Origin: an uncultured Gemmatimonadaceae bacterium
GTDB taxonomy: Bacteria; Gemmatimonadota; Gemmatimonadetes; Gemmatimonadales; Gemmatimonadaceae
Reading direction: 5' to 3'
NCBI GenBank assembly: GCA_963761305.1
Contig: CAVXGK010000002.1
Span: 2,848,001-2,912,000 of the forward strand
Length of the DNA: 64,000 nucleotides
Numbering within the stretch: position 1 is the stretch's first letter; each line of letters opens with the position of its first letter. Shown piece after piece: positions 1-9,760 of this stretch. A program made the translations under genes and the position numbers. Under the pieces are notes generated by a model. That model saw only the letters and a program-made list of their open reading frames with translations, did not search any database and was not told where the DNA came from.

Positions 1-34
1 GGAGACGTCGACGTCAGACGTCTGACATCTGACG

Positions 35-991
35 TCAGATTTCTCGATTCACGCCGTTAGCCTTCCGGTCCACCGGTTCACCCGCTGTCGCCACCTCGAA
101 CGCCGCGTTCGCCAGATCCGCGATTGGCGTCGGAACGCCGTGCTGGCGACCCAAGCGTCGCACCGTGCCGGCGAGCAGATCCAGCTCGGTCGGTCCGCCT
201 CGCTCGAGATCCAACAGAAAACTCGGCTTGATCGTCGGGCCGATGGCGAAGAGATCGTCGCGCACCTTCGCTTCGTCGGCGTCGTCGAGCGTGCCGGCGA
301 CCGCTCGCGCGACCATCACGACTTCGTGGAGCGAACCGGTGAGCAGCTTGCGCCCCGAATCCGTCGCGAGCACGGGGCCCATCGGCTGACGCGACAGACC
401 GCACGCGATTCCCATCGAGACGATGAACGAAAATTTCCGCCAGATGTCGCGCGTGATGTCCGGGCTCAGCGTCGCGGTCGAACCGGCGCCGGCGAATGCG
501 TCGACGATGCGCGACGTCCGCTCGCTCGTCGGTCGGTCGAATTCACCGATCGTGACACGATCGCCCGGACTCTTCCGCTGCACGACGCCCGGCTCGGGGC
601 GGACGAGACTCGCGTGAATGATTCCGCCGACGATCGCCGGGCTTGGAACACCGAGCCCCGCGAGCCGTTCCGCGACGTCGGCGCCGTTGAGCAACGGTAC
701 GATCGTCGCGCCGTTCTTCGCCGCGCCGACGAGCGCCGGGCCGACCTCGTTCAGCGAGTAGCTCTTGACCGACACGATTACGTAGTCGCATTTGGCGACG
801 ATGCTGCCGTCGTCCGACACCTCGGGCCGTACGACGAACGAACCGTCGAGGGTCCGCACCTCGAGACCGCGCTGTCGCATCGCGGTCAGATGCTCGCCGC
901 GGGCCACCAGGCGAACCTGATGACCCGCGCGACACAACGTTCCCGCGTAGTAGCTGCCGATCCCGCCCGCGCCGACGACGCCGATGTCCAC
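35..991 (-). CDS. panE: 2-dehydropantoate 2-reductase (ketopantoate reductase family)
   Basis: GAGGIG Rossmann motif, SVKSY, LLNG, WRKF and C-terminal SFLLDLERGGPTELD typical of ApbA/PanE. Confidence 0.85.
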   Translation of the reverse strand: MDIGVVGAGGIGSYYAGTLCRAGHQVRLVARGEHLTAMRQRGLEVRTLDGSFVVRPEVSDDGSIVAKCDYVIVSVKSYSLNEVGPALVGAAKNGATIVPLLNGADVAERLAGLGVPSPAIVGGIIHASLVRPEPGVVQRKSPGDRVTIGEFDRPTSERTSRIVDAFAGAGSTATLSPDITRDIWRKFSFIVSMGIACGLSRQPMGPVLATDSGRKLLTGSLHEVVMVARAVAGTLDDADEAKVRDDLFAIGPTIKPSFLLDLERGGPTELDLLAGTVRRLGRQHGVPTPIADLANAAFEVATAGEPVDRKANGVNREI

Positions 992-1004
992 GCGGTGCGC
1001 GCCG

Positions 1005-1592
1005 TTACTTCTTCGCCGGCGCGGTGAAGAGGTACGCGTACTGCCCGTACCCTTCCTCGACGAGCTTCGACGCCGGAATGAAACGCATCGACGCCGAGTT
1101 CATGCAGTAGCGCATGCCGGTGGGACGCGGGCCGTCGTCGAACAGGTGGCCGAGGTGCGAGTCGGCGTGAGCGGAACGCACTTCGGTGCGCACCATGCCG
1201 AGCGTGCGGTCGCTCTTGGTGGTGACGTTCTCGGGAACGAGCGGTTTGGTGAAGCTCGGCCAACCGGTGCCGGATTCGAATTTGTCGGTCGAGCTGAAGA
1301 GCGCCTCGCCCGACACGACGTCGACGTAGATGCCCGGCTCGTGGTTGTCCCAATACGCGTTCTGGAAAGGACGCTCGGTCGCTTCGTGCTGCGTGACCTC
1401 GTACTGGAGCGGCGTGAGCTCCTTCTTCAGACTGTCGTCGGACGGCTTCTTGTAGTTGTTCATGGAATGGCTACCCGATTGGGCCAGCTTGGTGGTCTGG
1501 GCGGAGAGACCGCTCGCGATCATCGGCAGCGCGGCCATGGCCGCAGTAGCAACGACTCCGGCGAGCCGCGAAACACGCATACGTTCGAGCAT
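1005..1592 (-). CDS. msrB: Peptide-methionine (R)-S-oxide reductase MsrB, Sec-type signal peptide, zinc-free type
   Basis: [26 protein letters not shown]; CxxC pairs replaced by DVVS/SAHA; start chosen at 1592 because GAGGA lies just upstream. Confidence 0.9.
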   Translation of the reverse strand: MLERMRVSRLAGVVATAAMAALPMIASGLSAQTTKLAQSGSHSMNNYKKPSDDSLKKELTPLQYEVTQHEATERPFQNAYWDNHEPGIYVDVVSGEALFSSTDKFESGTGWPSFTKPLVPENVTTKSDRTLGMVRTEVRSAHADSHLGHLFDDGPRPTGMRYCMNSASMRFIPASKLVEEGYGQYAYLFTAPAKK

Positions 1593-1780
1593 ATCGATTC
1601 CTCGGTGGAACGCGTCTAAATCCTCGATATCAAAACTGGTCGGCGCAGCGTTTGGTTCCACTTTGAATAAGTTACGCCGACCGGCGAGGGGCGGTATCCG
1701 GCTGTATCCGGTTATAGTACGCCCGTGGAACGTCCAGCGGATCTCGGGCGTCGTGGGCTCACCCCTAAGCGGAGCTAGCC

Positions 1781-2611
1781 GTGGCAGTCACGATCGATCC
1801 TGGCCTGGCGCAGACGCTCAGCGACGCTCGCCTGCAGCTGCACCATGCGGCGCAGCTCGCCACGGCCACCGGCATCTCGTATCTCCCCGCGCAGCCCGAC
1901 GACAGCCATACCAACCTGGAATGGATCGAGGCCCTGCGCGCGCTCGCCGGGCACGTGATTCCCGCACCTCAGCCGTTTCGCGCCGTCGTGCAACCGGCCG
2001 ACCTCTCGCTCTCGATCGTCGGCGAGGACGGACAGATCGTCACGTCGAAGCTGCTCAACGGTCAGACGATGAACGACGCGGCCGATTGGCTTCGCGCGCG
2101 GATCGCCGAACGCGGCGCCGACGGCGATCATCTCACGCTCGAGCGCCACTACGAGATTCCCGCGCATGCCGTGGACGACGGCGCGACGTTCGAGACGAAA
2201 AATGCCGCCGCGTTCGCGCAACTCGATGCGTGGTACTTCGCCGCGAACCGCGCGCTGGAGTACGTCCGCGGGTCCACGCCTGGCGCAAGCGAGATTCGCT
2301 GCTGGCCGCACCACTTCGACATCGCCACGCTGATCGACGTCGGTAAGGGTCGGAGCATCGGCGTCGGCATGGAGCCGGGCGATCAGTACTACGACGAACC
2401 GTATTTCTACGTGAACATGTCTCCGTCGCCGAAACCGGCGGCCGCCACGGCGTCGCTCTCCGGCGGCGGCACCTGGCACACCAAGGAGTGGGTCGGCGCG
2501 GTACTGCCCGGTTCACGAATCGCGGATGCCGATTCGGCGAAAGACCAGGTTCATGCGTTTCTCGATTCGGCAATCGTGGCGTGTCGGGAACTGCAAGACG
2601 CTGTGGCCTGA
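1781..2611 (+). CDS. Conserved hypothetical protein, DUF5996-like
   Basis: 276 aa ORF; motifs [28 protein letters not shown] resemble DUF5996-related proteins (from memory). Confidence 0.55.
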   Translation: MAVTIDPGLAQTLSDARLQLHHAAQLATATGISYLPAQPDDSHTNLEWIEALRALAGHVIPAPQPFRAVVQPADLSLSIVGEDGQIVTSKLLNGQTMNDAADWLRARIAERGADGDHLTLERHYEIPAHAVDDGATFETKNAAAFAQLDAWYFAANRALEYVRGSTPGASEIRCWPHHFDIATLIDVGKGRSIGVGMEPGDQYYDEPYFYVNMSPSPKPAAATASLSGGGTWHTKEWVGAVLPGSRIADADSAKDQVHAFLDSAIVACRELQDAVA

Positions 2612-2657
2612 CGCCGTCCGGCGTGCGCGACTCGCACCTACGACGGACGAGCAAATG

Positions 2658-2756
2658 TTGACACAGATGCCGCAGACAAAAACAACAATTCCGCAGATAA
2701 ACCCGTTGGGATGTCATCTGCGGAATTGCCGTCCAAATCTGCGGCATCTGTGTTGA
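2658..2756. repeat. ~99 bp imperfect palindrome between convergent genes
   Basis: ACACAGATGCCGCAGA / TCTGCGGCATCTGTGT outer arms, CAATTCCGCAGAT / ATCTGCGGAATTG inner arms. Confidence 0.85.
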
Positions 2757-2788
2757 ATTCTCTTCTACGCCACGTCGTGCCCGTGCAC

Positions 2789-3970
2789 TCAGCCGGAATG
2801 CTCGGCGATCGCGGGCGCGCCCTCGTCCACGCCCAGCTCCTCAGCCACCATCCGGTGCGCCTTGCGCCCGCCGCGCGCCGTTGTGTGGGGCGCTTCCTCG
2901 TGATCGAGTAGCAGCTGCGCCGTGTCCACCGCGCGCGCCACGAGACTGCGCGCGCCTTCGCGCAATTCCGGACTCATCTGAACCGCGCGAGTGTTGTTCT
3001 CCATGTCTTCTGCCGTCCAGCCGCGCGAGTGGGCGATGTACGGAAACTGCGGAAAGTGGCATCCGATCTCGGCGAAGAAGCCCAGCATTTGTCCCGCCAC
3101 CGCCTGCACGTTGTCCTGTCCGCCCGTGATGATGAACGACGCGACCTTGTTTCGAAGGAGGACGCGGTTCGCGATCGTCACCTGGTTCTGAACGCAGTTC
3201 ATTCGCTCGACCATGCGATAGTAGAGCGAGCTGGCGTTGCCCCAGCGGATCGGCGTGGCAACGAGCACCACGTCCGCCCAGTGAACGATCGCCTCGTACA
3301 CGACCTCCATCTGATCCTTCGGATCCATCTGCGTGATGGAGCACGGCCACGTGCAGGCGTGCGCGCTCTTCGAGTAGTAGCCCTCGCACGGACGAAAACG
3401 CAGCCCCGCCAGATGAATCGTCTGCGTGTCGACGTCGAGCTGCGTCGCCGCGTGATGAATCGATTCGGCGAGCAGATCATCCGACGTGGAGTAGCGCGGA
3501 TTCTTCATGTCCATGTTCGTCGTCGAGATGCCGAGCACGCGCACTCGACCCGGCGAGCGCTCGATGCGGCGGGCGACGGGATGCGGCGGATGCGACCCGC
3601 GCGTCCGCTTCGTCACCGCAGACGACGACACGAACAGCCGTCCGTCGGCGACCTTCACGTTGTACGACGGAACCGCGTCGATCTCGAACCCGGGCTCGCC
3701 GAGTCCGGTCTGGAAATGGTATTTCCAATTGTGCCACGGGCAGGTGACGTACTCGCCGTCGATGCGGCCGTCGGCGAGCGGACCGCCTGCATGATTGCAC
3801 ACGCCCGACAGCGCGCCGAACGCCTCACCGACGTGCGTGACGGCGACTTTCAGATTGTTCACCGTCACCGCGGTGAGGGGACGTTTCGCGAGATCCGCCG
3901 TCGCGCCGACGTCGATCCAGTCCCGATTCGCGGGCGACGATTCTTCCCCGCCCCCCGTCGGCTCGCTCAC
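2789..3970 (-). CDS. Rieske [2Fe-2S] domain fused to flavodoxin-like (FMN reductase / iron-sulfur flavoprotein-like) domain
   Basis: CNHAGG...CPWH Rieske motif; CEGYYSKSAHACTWPC and ATPIRWG in C-terminal domain; GTG start overlaps egtD stop (GTGA); N-terminal part of the 744 aa track ORF is a shadow of egtD. Confidence 0.85.
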   Translation of the reverse strand: MSEPTGGGEESSPANRDWIDVGATADLAKRPLTAVTVNNLKVAVTHVGEAFGALSGVCNHAGGPLADGRIDGEYVTCPWHNWKYHFQTGLGEPGFEIDAVPSYNVKVADGRLFVSSSAVTKRTRGSHPPHPVARRIERSPGRVRVLGISTTNMDMKNPRYSTSDDLLAESIHHAATQLDVDTQTIHLAGLRFRPCEGYYSKSAHACTWPCSITQMDPKDQMEVVYEAIVHWADVVLVATPIRWGNASSLYYRMVERMNCVQNQVTIANRVLLRNKVASFIITGGQDNVQAVAGQMLGFFAEIGCHFPQFPYIAHSRGWTAEDMENNTRAVQMSPELREGARSLVARAVDTAQLLLDHEEAPHTTARGGRKAHRMVAEELGVDEGAPAIAEHSG

Positions 3971-4944
3971 GACGCGGCCGTCATCGCACCAACCCAGAAG
4001 AGTTCGTTCGCGTCGGTCCACAGGCGGTCGAGGCGGAAGCCGGCCGCGCTGGCCACCGTCGCGAGCTGCTCTTCGTCGTACTTGTACGACGATTCGGTCC
4101 AGATCGTCTCGCCCCGCGCGAAATCGAACGTGCTCCCCGCGACGTGCACCGACTGGTCGCGCGTGCTCTCGAGATGCATCTCGATGCGGCTCGCGTCGTC
4201 GTTGAAGAACGCGACGTGCCGGAAACTCGCCAGATCGAAGTCGGCGCCGAGCTCGCGGTTGATGCGGCGCAGTACGTTGCGGTTGAACGCGGCCGTCACG
4301 CCCTGCGGATCGTCGTACGCGGCGTGCAGCACGGCGGCATCCTTCCGGCGGTCGACACCGATCACCAACGCGCCGCCCGTTCCCACCGTGCGCCGAACGC
4401 GGGTGAGAAACGCCGCCGCCTCGGCCGGATGGAAATTGCCGATCGTCGATCCCGGGAAAAACGCCACGCGGCGCGCGTGCGGCGGGAGGCTCGGCAGCGG
4501 GAGGAGTCGCGTATAGTCGCCGCAGATCGGACGCACGGCGAGCGCCGGATAGTCCGCTTCGAGATCGGCCGCCACACGCGACAATTGCTCGCGCGAGATG
4601 TCGATCGGAACGTACGCCGCCGGATCGCGCAACGCGTCGAGCAGGAAGCGCACCTTCGTGGCCGCGCCGCTGCCGTACTCGATCAACGCGGCGCGCGGTC
4701 CGATGAAATCCGCGATCTCGCCCGCACGCGCGCGCAGAATCGAGAGCTCGCTGCGCGTGAGATAGTACTCGTCGAGCTTGCAGATGCGCTCGAAGAGCCG
4801 AGCGCCCACCTCGTCGTAGAAGAGCTTCGGCGGGAGCGTCTTTCGCGTCGCGCCCAGTCCCGCGAGCACGTCGGCGAGGATCTCGCTCGTGTCGAACTGC
4901 GGCGCGACGTGTGTCGCGCGCTGCGGATTCATCGACGCGCTCAT
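3967..4944 (-). CDS. egtD: L-histidine N-alpha-methyltransferase EgtD
   Basis: LPPKLFYDEVG, EYYLTRSE, EYGSG, PGSTIGNF, AYDDPQGVTAAFN, IWTESSYKY. Confidence 0.95.
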   Translation of the reverse strand: MSASMNPQRATHVAPQFDTSEILADVLAGLGATRKTLPPKLFYDEVGARLFERICKLDEYYLTRSELSILRARAGEIADFIGPRAALIEYGSGAATKVRFLLDALRDPAAYVPIDISREQLSRVAADLEADYPALAVRPICGDYTRLLPLPSLPPHARRVAFFPGSTIGNFHPAEAAAFLTRVRRTVGTGGALVIGVDRRKDAAVLHAAYDDPQGVTAAFNRNVLRRINRELGADFDLASFRHVAFFNDDASRIEMHLESTRDQSVHVAGSTFDFARGETIWTESSYKYDEEQLATVASAAGFRLDRLWTDANELFWVGAMTAAS

Positions 4945-6218
4945 GTGTTCTTGGCCAGACGCACGCCCATGAACTGCCAGCGCGCGTCAGACGGGAAAAA
5001 GTTTCGATAGCTGATGCGTGCATGCGACCGTGGAGTCGCGCACGACGCGCCGCGCAACACCCACTGGTCGCACATCCATTTGCCGTTGTACTCGCCGAGT
5101 GCTCCGGCCGACGGCGCGTAGCCGGGATACGCCGTGTACGCGCTCTGCGTCCATTGCCACACGTCGCCGTACAGCTGGCGCAACGAGTCGCCCCCAGCGC
5201 GCGCCGGCCGCGCCGGCGTCGGATGAAAGTGGCGCGCGTCGACGAACTCGCCGTCCACTCTCTGACTCTTCGCCGCGATCTCCCACTCGGCTTCCGTCGG
5301 CAGGCGAGCGCCGGCCCAGCGCGCGAAGGCGTCGGCCTCGTAGTAGCTCACGTGACACACCGGCGCGCCGGGATCCACCGCGTGCGTGCCGGCCAACGTG
5401 AACTCTGTCCAGCCGTCCGGCGTACGCTCCCAGTAAAACGGCGCTTCCCAGTTCGACGTGCGCACCGTCGCCCAGCCGTTCGACAGCCACAGCTCGGGGC
5501 GATGATATCCGCGGTCGTTCATGAACTCGAGCCATTCGCCGTTCGTCACGAGTCGATCCGCGACGCTGAACGCTTCGACGTACACGCGATGCGCCGGCGA
5601 CTCGTTGTCGAACGAAAATCCGTCGATCTCGTGGCCGATGCGATGAATGCCCGCCGTCACGCCGACCCAGTTCGCGGCGTCGCTTGCGTGCGACGTGGCG
5701 CGACGCGTGATGTACGCCGGCCGCAAAGGATTCGTCCAGAACACGTGCTTGATGTCGGTGAGCATCAGCTCCTGGTGCTGCTGCTCGTGGTGCAGCCCGA
5801 GCTCGATCACTGGAACCGCCGGATGATGCGAGTCGTCGCCGATGCGCTCGACCAGCGCGCGCAACGCCGCGTCCACGTGGGCGCGATACGCGAACACCTC
5901 GGCCACTGTCGGGCGAGTGACCAGGCCACGCTGCGCACGACAGTGGCGCTCGCCGGCCTGCACGTAGTACGAGTTGAACAGGAACGCGTACTTCGGATTC
6001 GGCGTGACGTACGTCGGATCGAATTGCGCCAGCACGAACGTCTCGAAGAACCAGCTGGTGTGCGCGAGGTGCCACTTCGTAGGACTCACGTCGGCCATCG
6101 TGCTCACGACGTAGTCTTCCGTCTCGAGCGGGGCACACAGCGCTTCGGTCTGCGCGCGCACCTCGATGCAGCGATCGAGCAAAGCCGGCGTGGCGGCGCG
6201 TACGTCGAGAATGGTCAT
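4941..6218 (-). CDS. egtB: Ergothioneine sulfoxide synthase EgtB
   Basis: DinB-like SPTKWHLAH and HHEQQHQE iron ligands, FGE-sulfatase domain (LPTEAEWE, EYNGKWM, YRNFF); stop overlaps egtD start. Confidence 0.93.
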   Translation of the reverse strand: MTILDVRAATPALLDRCIEVRAQTEALCAPLETEDYVVSTMADVSPTKWHLAHTSWFFETFVLAQFDPTYVTPNPKYAFLFNSYYVQAGERHCRAQRGLVTRPTVAEVFAYRAHVDAALRALVERIGDDSHHPAVPVIELGLHHEQQHQELMLTDIKHVFWTNPLRPAYITRRATSHASDAANWVGVTAGIHRIGHEIDGFSFDNESPAHRVYVEAFSVADRLVTNGEWLEFMNDRGYHRPELWLSNGWATVRTSNWEAPFYWERTPDGWTEFTLAGTHAVDPGAPVCHVSYYEADAFARWAGARLPTEAEWEIAAKSQRVDGEFVDARHFHPTPARPARAGGDSLRQLYGDVWQWTQSAYTAYPGYAPSAGALGEYNGKWMCDQWVLRGASCATPRSHARISYRNFFPSDARWQFMGVRLAKNT

Positions 6219-6296
6219 ACCATCCAAACCCCCAAAACCGTTCTGTGCAGCCCCCGAACCCGTCAAAACCGATACGGCCGCCTCAAAGTTCCAGAT

Positions 6297-7541
6297 TCAT
6301 CGGCGGCGCGCTGTGATCAACGTGGCTACTTCGTCCGGTCTCGGGTTGATGAAATCGAGACGGACTCGGCCGTCGGGCAGCGTGGTCACGGTCGCGGGGA
6401 TCGCGCTGTTGGTGAGCACCCAACCGGCGGGGAGCACAACCGCATTCGACGGCCGGCCGAAACTGCGATCCCACACGAGCTCGTCGCCGACGAGCTTATA
6501 ACGCGCCGTGTCGGTGTAGGTCTCGAACATTCGGAGCCGGATCGATTCGCCAGGCTTCACCGCCGCGAAACGGAACACTACGATCTCCAATTCGGGAGTG
6601 ACGTTGCTGACGCCGAGGTTGGCGCGCGAGATGGCTTCGCCCTTGAGGATCTCGAACTTGAGCGGCTCGCCCGTGTCGAGGTTCATCGCGCGCGGGCCCG
6701 ATACCGCGCTCCCCGCGCGCACCTCGTTGATGTATGTGCCAGTTCCGGGCCGCGATTCCGTGTAATCGTGATACAAGTCGAACGCGTGGGTCTCGGGCTG
6801 CTGGAGGAAGTACACGATCTCGCGATTCTGGCGGGCGCGATCGCCGAGGCGTGACGCGACACTGGACGTCGTCGCGCCGGACACTTTCGGGCCGACGCGC
6901 ACCGCGCGCATCATCAGCGGCGCTTCAGCCGGGGTGTTGTTCCAGAACGTGATGCCGATCCGACCGTCGTTCTCCTGCAGCACCTGCGACGGGAAGTTGC
7001 ACGACACCAGCTCATATCCTTTGGGCAGCACGACGGCGTTGCGTTTGATGCCGAGCGGCCGGCTGAACACGATCGTGTCGCCGCGCAGGAGATAGCTCGA
7101 CGCGTCCTCGTACGTCTTGTCGATGAGCAGCCGCGCTTCGCCTCCATCCGCGGGCACCGGATGCGTGAGCTTGACGCGGATGTAGGTCTGCGTCGTGTCC
7201 TGGCTGCGCACGCCGCCGTCGCGCGCCGCCGCCGCGCCGACGACGTCGAACTGGAGCGGCTTGCCGGTTGCGCGATCGCTCACGCTTTCGTTGCTGGCGA
7301 CGCTTCCCTTGCGAATCGGATTGAAGAAATACGTCGCGCCCGCGGTGGTCGCGGTGACTTCGTAGATGATTCGAAACTTGGCCGAGCCGGGCTCGAGCAG
7401 TTCGTAGCGCGTGTATTCGTCGGATTCCGTTTGGCGCGCCTGCGCCTCGACCGAACGCGGGGTCGAGGCCGTCATGACGCACGCGACGATCAGCGACGCC
7501 AGCACACGGAAAAGTCCAACGGCACCACGACGACGTCTCAT
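6297..7541 (-). CDS. Secreted hypothetical protein with two tandem homologous domains
   Basis: Signal peptide; repeats TYED..Y..GD..F.R..G...NAVVLPKGY..DGRI vs TYTD..Y..GD..W.R..G...NAVVLPAGW..DGRV. Confidence 0.75.
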   Translation of the reverse strand: MRRRRGAVGLFRVLASLIVACVMTASTPRSVEAQARQTESDEYTRYELLEPGSAKFRIIYEVTATTAGATYFFNPIRKGSVASNESVSDRATGKPLQFDVVGAAAARDGGVRSQDTTQTYIRVKLTHPVPADGGEARLLIDKTYEDASSYLLRGDTIVFSRPLGIKRNAVVLPKGYELVSCNFPSQVLQENDGRIGITFWNNTPAEAPLMMRAVRVGPKVSGATTSSVASRLGDRARQNREIVYFLQQPETHAFDLYHDYTESRPGTGTYINEVRAGSAVSGPRAMNLDTGEPLKFEILKGEAISRANLGVSNVTPELEIVVFRFAAVKPGESIRLRMFETYTDTARYKLVGDELVWDRSFGRPSNAVVLPAGWVLTNSAIPATVTTLPDGRVRLDFINPRPDEVATLITARRR

Positions 7542-7615
7542 CGCTCCCCTCGGATGGTCCGGGGCGTTGAACCTACGGTGGCCCTGACGGGTCCGCCATC
7601 CTATCTTCGTCGCCC

Positions 7616-9247
7616 ATGACGACAGCGACGGCGGTCGACGCGCCCCGCCCGCGCTACGCGTGGGCGACGACGGGTGACATCAACGCGTTCTTCGGGCTGA
7701 TGCTCGACAACGTCGTGAATCTCGCCGTGCTCGCGGGCATTCTCGTCGCCGGCTTCGGATTTCCGGCGACGCTCGTCTACACGCGAATGTTTCCGGGCAC
7801 CGCGCTCGGCGTGTTGTTCGGCGACGTCGTGTACACGGTGATGGCCATTCGGCTCGCGCAGCGGACCGGCCGCGACGACGTGACGGCGATGCCGCTCGGT
7901 CTCGACGCGCCGTCCACGATCGGCATGGCGCTCACCGTACTTGGTCCGGCGTTTCTCGTCGCGAAGACGAAGATGCCGGCGGCCGACGCGGCCATCGCCG
8001 CGTGGCAGGTCGGCATGGCGACGATGGTGCTGATGGGTGTGTTCAAGCTCGTCATGTCGTTCATCGGCGACCGCGTGCGGCGCGCGATTCCCGAAGCCGG
8101 ATTGCTCGGCTCCATCGGCGGCGTGGGGATCGCACTCCTCGGCACGTTGCAGCTGGGCGAGATCTACGGCGAGCCGATCGTCGGCATGATGGCGCTCGGG
8201 ATCATTCTCTACGCGCTGGTCGCGAAGCTGCGCCTTCCGATGCGCGCGCCGCAGGTGCTGGCGAGCGTCGTCGTCGGGGCCGCGCTCTACTACGGACTCG
8301 GTGCCGCCGGATTGCTGGTGCACCCGGTCGCGGTGCCGGCGGCGAACTTTCCGATGGGCGCGCCGCTGCCGTCGTTAGGGTTCTTGAAAGGCATGCCGGT
8401 CGCGGTGCACGACTACCTGCCGCTCGCGCTTCCCTTCGCGATCCTCACCGTGATCGGCGGCATCAACGTCACCGAGAGCGCGCGCATCGCGGGCGACGAC
8501 TACAACACGCGCGACATCCTGCTCACCGAAGCGATCGCGACGCTGATCGCCGGCGTGTGCGGCGGCGTGAGCCAGTCGACGCCGTACATCGGGCATCCGG
8601 CGTACAAGGCGATGGGCGGACGGGCCGGATACACGTTGGCCACCGGACTGTTCATCGGACTGGGCGGCATCTTCGGCTACATCGCGTTCATGGCCGACGC
8701 GTTGCCCAAACCCGCGCTGGCGCCGATTCTCGTATTCGTCGCGCTCGACATCACGGAGCAGAGCTACATCGCGACGCCCAGGCGCCACGCCGCGGCGGTC
8801 ACGCTCGCCGTATTTCCGAGCGTCGCGCAGCTGGTACAGATCTTCTTGTCGCAGACGTATAACGGCGCGCTGATGTCGGCCGCGATCGATCCCGTCGGTA
8901 CGATGAAGGCGACCGGCCTCACCAACCCGGACTTCATTTCAACCGTCGCCGTGATGGTGATGCTCGCGCACGGGTTCATTCTCACGGCCATGCTCTGGGG
9001 CGGCGGGCTGGCGTTCTTGATAGACCGGCGCATCACCGCCGCCGCGACGACCTTCGCGGCGTGCGCCGTGCTCGCGTTTTTCGGATTCATTCATTCCGTT
9101 ACGCCGGCCGGCGGCATCTATCTGCCGTGGCGCGCGGGATCGGCATTGCCGTATCACTGGGCCGCGGCGTATCTCGGGTTCGCGATCCTCATCATGATCC
9201 TCGGGAACACGCGAGCCGCGCGCGAGCAACCCGTTCTCGTGCATTGA
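7616..9247 (+). CDS. NCS2/AzgA-like nucleobase permease
   Basis: Highly hydrophobic 543 aa; GDINAFFGL, TAMPLG, PYIGHPAYKAMGGRAGY. Confidence 0.75.
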   Translation: MTTATAVDAPRPRYAWATTGDINAFFGLMLDNVVNLAVLAGILVAGFGFPATLVYTRMFPGTALGVLFGDVVYTVMAIRLAQRTGRDDVTAMPLGLDAPSTIGMALTVLGPAFLVAKTKMPAADAAIAAWQVGMATMVLMGVFKLVMSFIGDRVRRAIPEAGLLGSIGGVGIALLGTLQLGEIYGEPIVGMMALGIILYALVAKLRLPMRAPQVLASVVVGAALYYGLGAAGLLVHPVAVPAANFPMGAPLPSLGFLKGMPVAVHDYLPLALPFAILTVIGGINVTESARIAGDDYNTRDILLTEAIATLIAGVCGGVSQSTPYIGHPAYKAMGGRAGYTLATGLFIGLGGIFGYIAFMADALPKPALAPILVFVALDITEQSYIATPRRHAAAVTLAVFPSVAQLVQIFLSQTYNGALMSAAIDPVGTMKATGLTNPDFISTVAVMVMLAHGFILTAMLWGGGLAFLIDRRITAAATTFAACAVLAFFGFIHSVTPAGGIYLPWRAGSALPYHWAAAYLGFAILIMILGNTRAAREQPVLVH

Positions 9248-9276
9248 GCAGGTGACGGTCGCGCCGCAGGCAACAG

Positions 9277-9523
9277 AACTGCTTTACCGCAGAGACGCGG
9301 AGACGCAGAGAACGGCCGCCGAGGACCGCCAAGCATTTTCGCGCCACGAGCCGTGATTTTTTTGGGAACTGCCGCTCGGGATGCGGCGATGCAGCACGAG
9401 GATTTCCACCCGATGGAAGCGTCCCGGAGCGGCGGTTCCCCAAAGATCCCGGCTCGTTGCGGGACGACGCTTGGCCTGTGCGGCCGTTTCTCTGCGTCCT
9501 CTGCGTCTCGGCGGTGAGCAGTT
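9277..9523. repeat. Nested palindromic element, copy 1
   Basis: AACTGC..CGCAGAGACGCGGAG ... ACGAGCCG ... GCCGCTCGGGA [loop] TCCCGGAGCGGC ... CGGCTCGT ... CTCTGCGTCTC..GCAGTT. Confidence 0.9.
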
Positions 9524-9760
9524 TGAATGCTCGGTGGCAGAAATGACGAACAGGAGTCTGGCGCCGCGCGTGAATTTCCCACCCACCCGTTCAGCGCGCG
9601 AACGCCAGAGCTCCTGTCGCCTTCTACACACGCCGCCGAATGACGTTTGGGGGGCAATCTGCGGCGCGCAATGAAATTACGAATTGCGCTGCGCGGCTGT
9701 TGGTAAAGATTCCACAAAGACGCCCCCCGATCGCCGTAACGCGCTGTGTATCAACGTTTT

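Noticed and set aside
2789..5023. 744 aa ORF as one protein
   Set aside because: First half is low-complexity off-frame overlap with egtD; real start is GTG at 3970.
4941..6218. Selenoneine (senA) cluster or selenoproteins
   Set aside because: No senB or selD/senC in the window; both MsrB use Cys codons; no in-frame TGA noticed.
4911..6854. Long antisense ORFs (also 9746-11689, 35762-37429 and many others)
   Set aside because: Arg/Ala-rich shadow frames expected in high-GC DNA opposite motif-supported genes.
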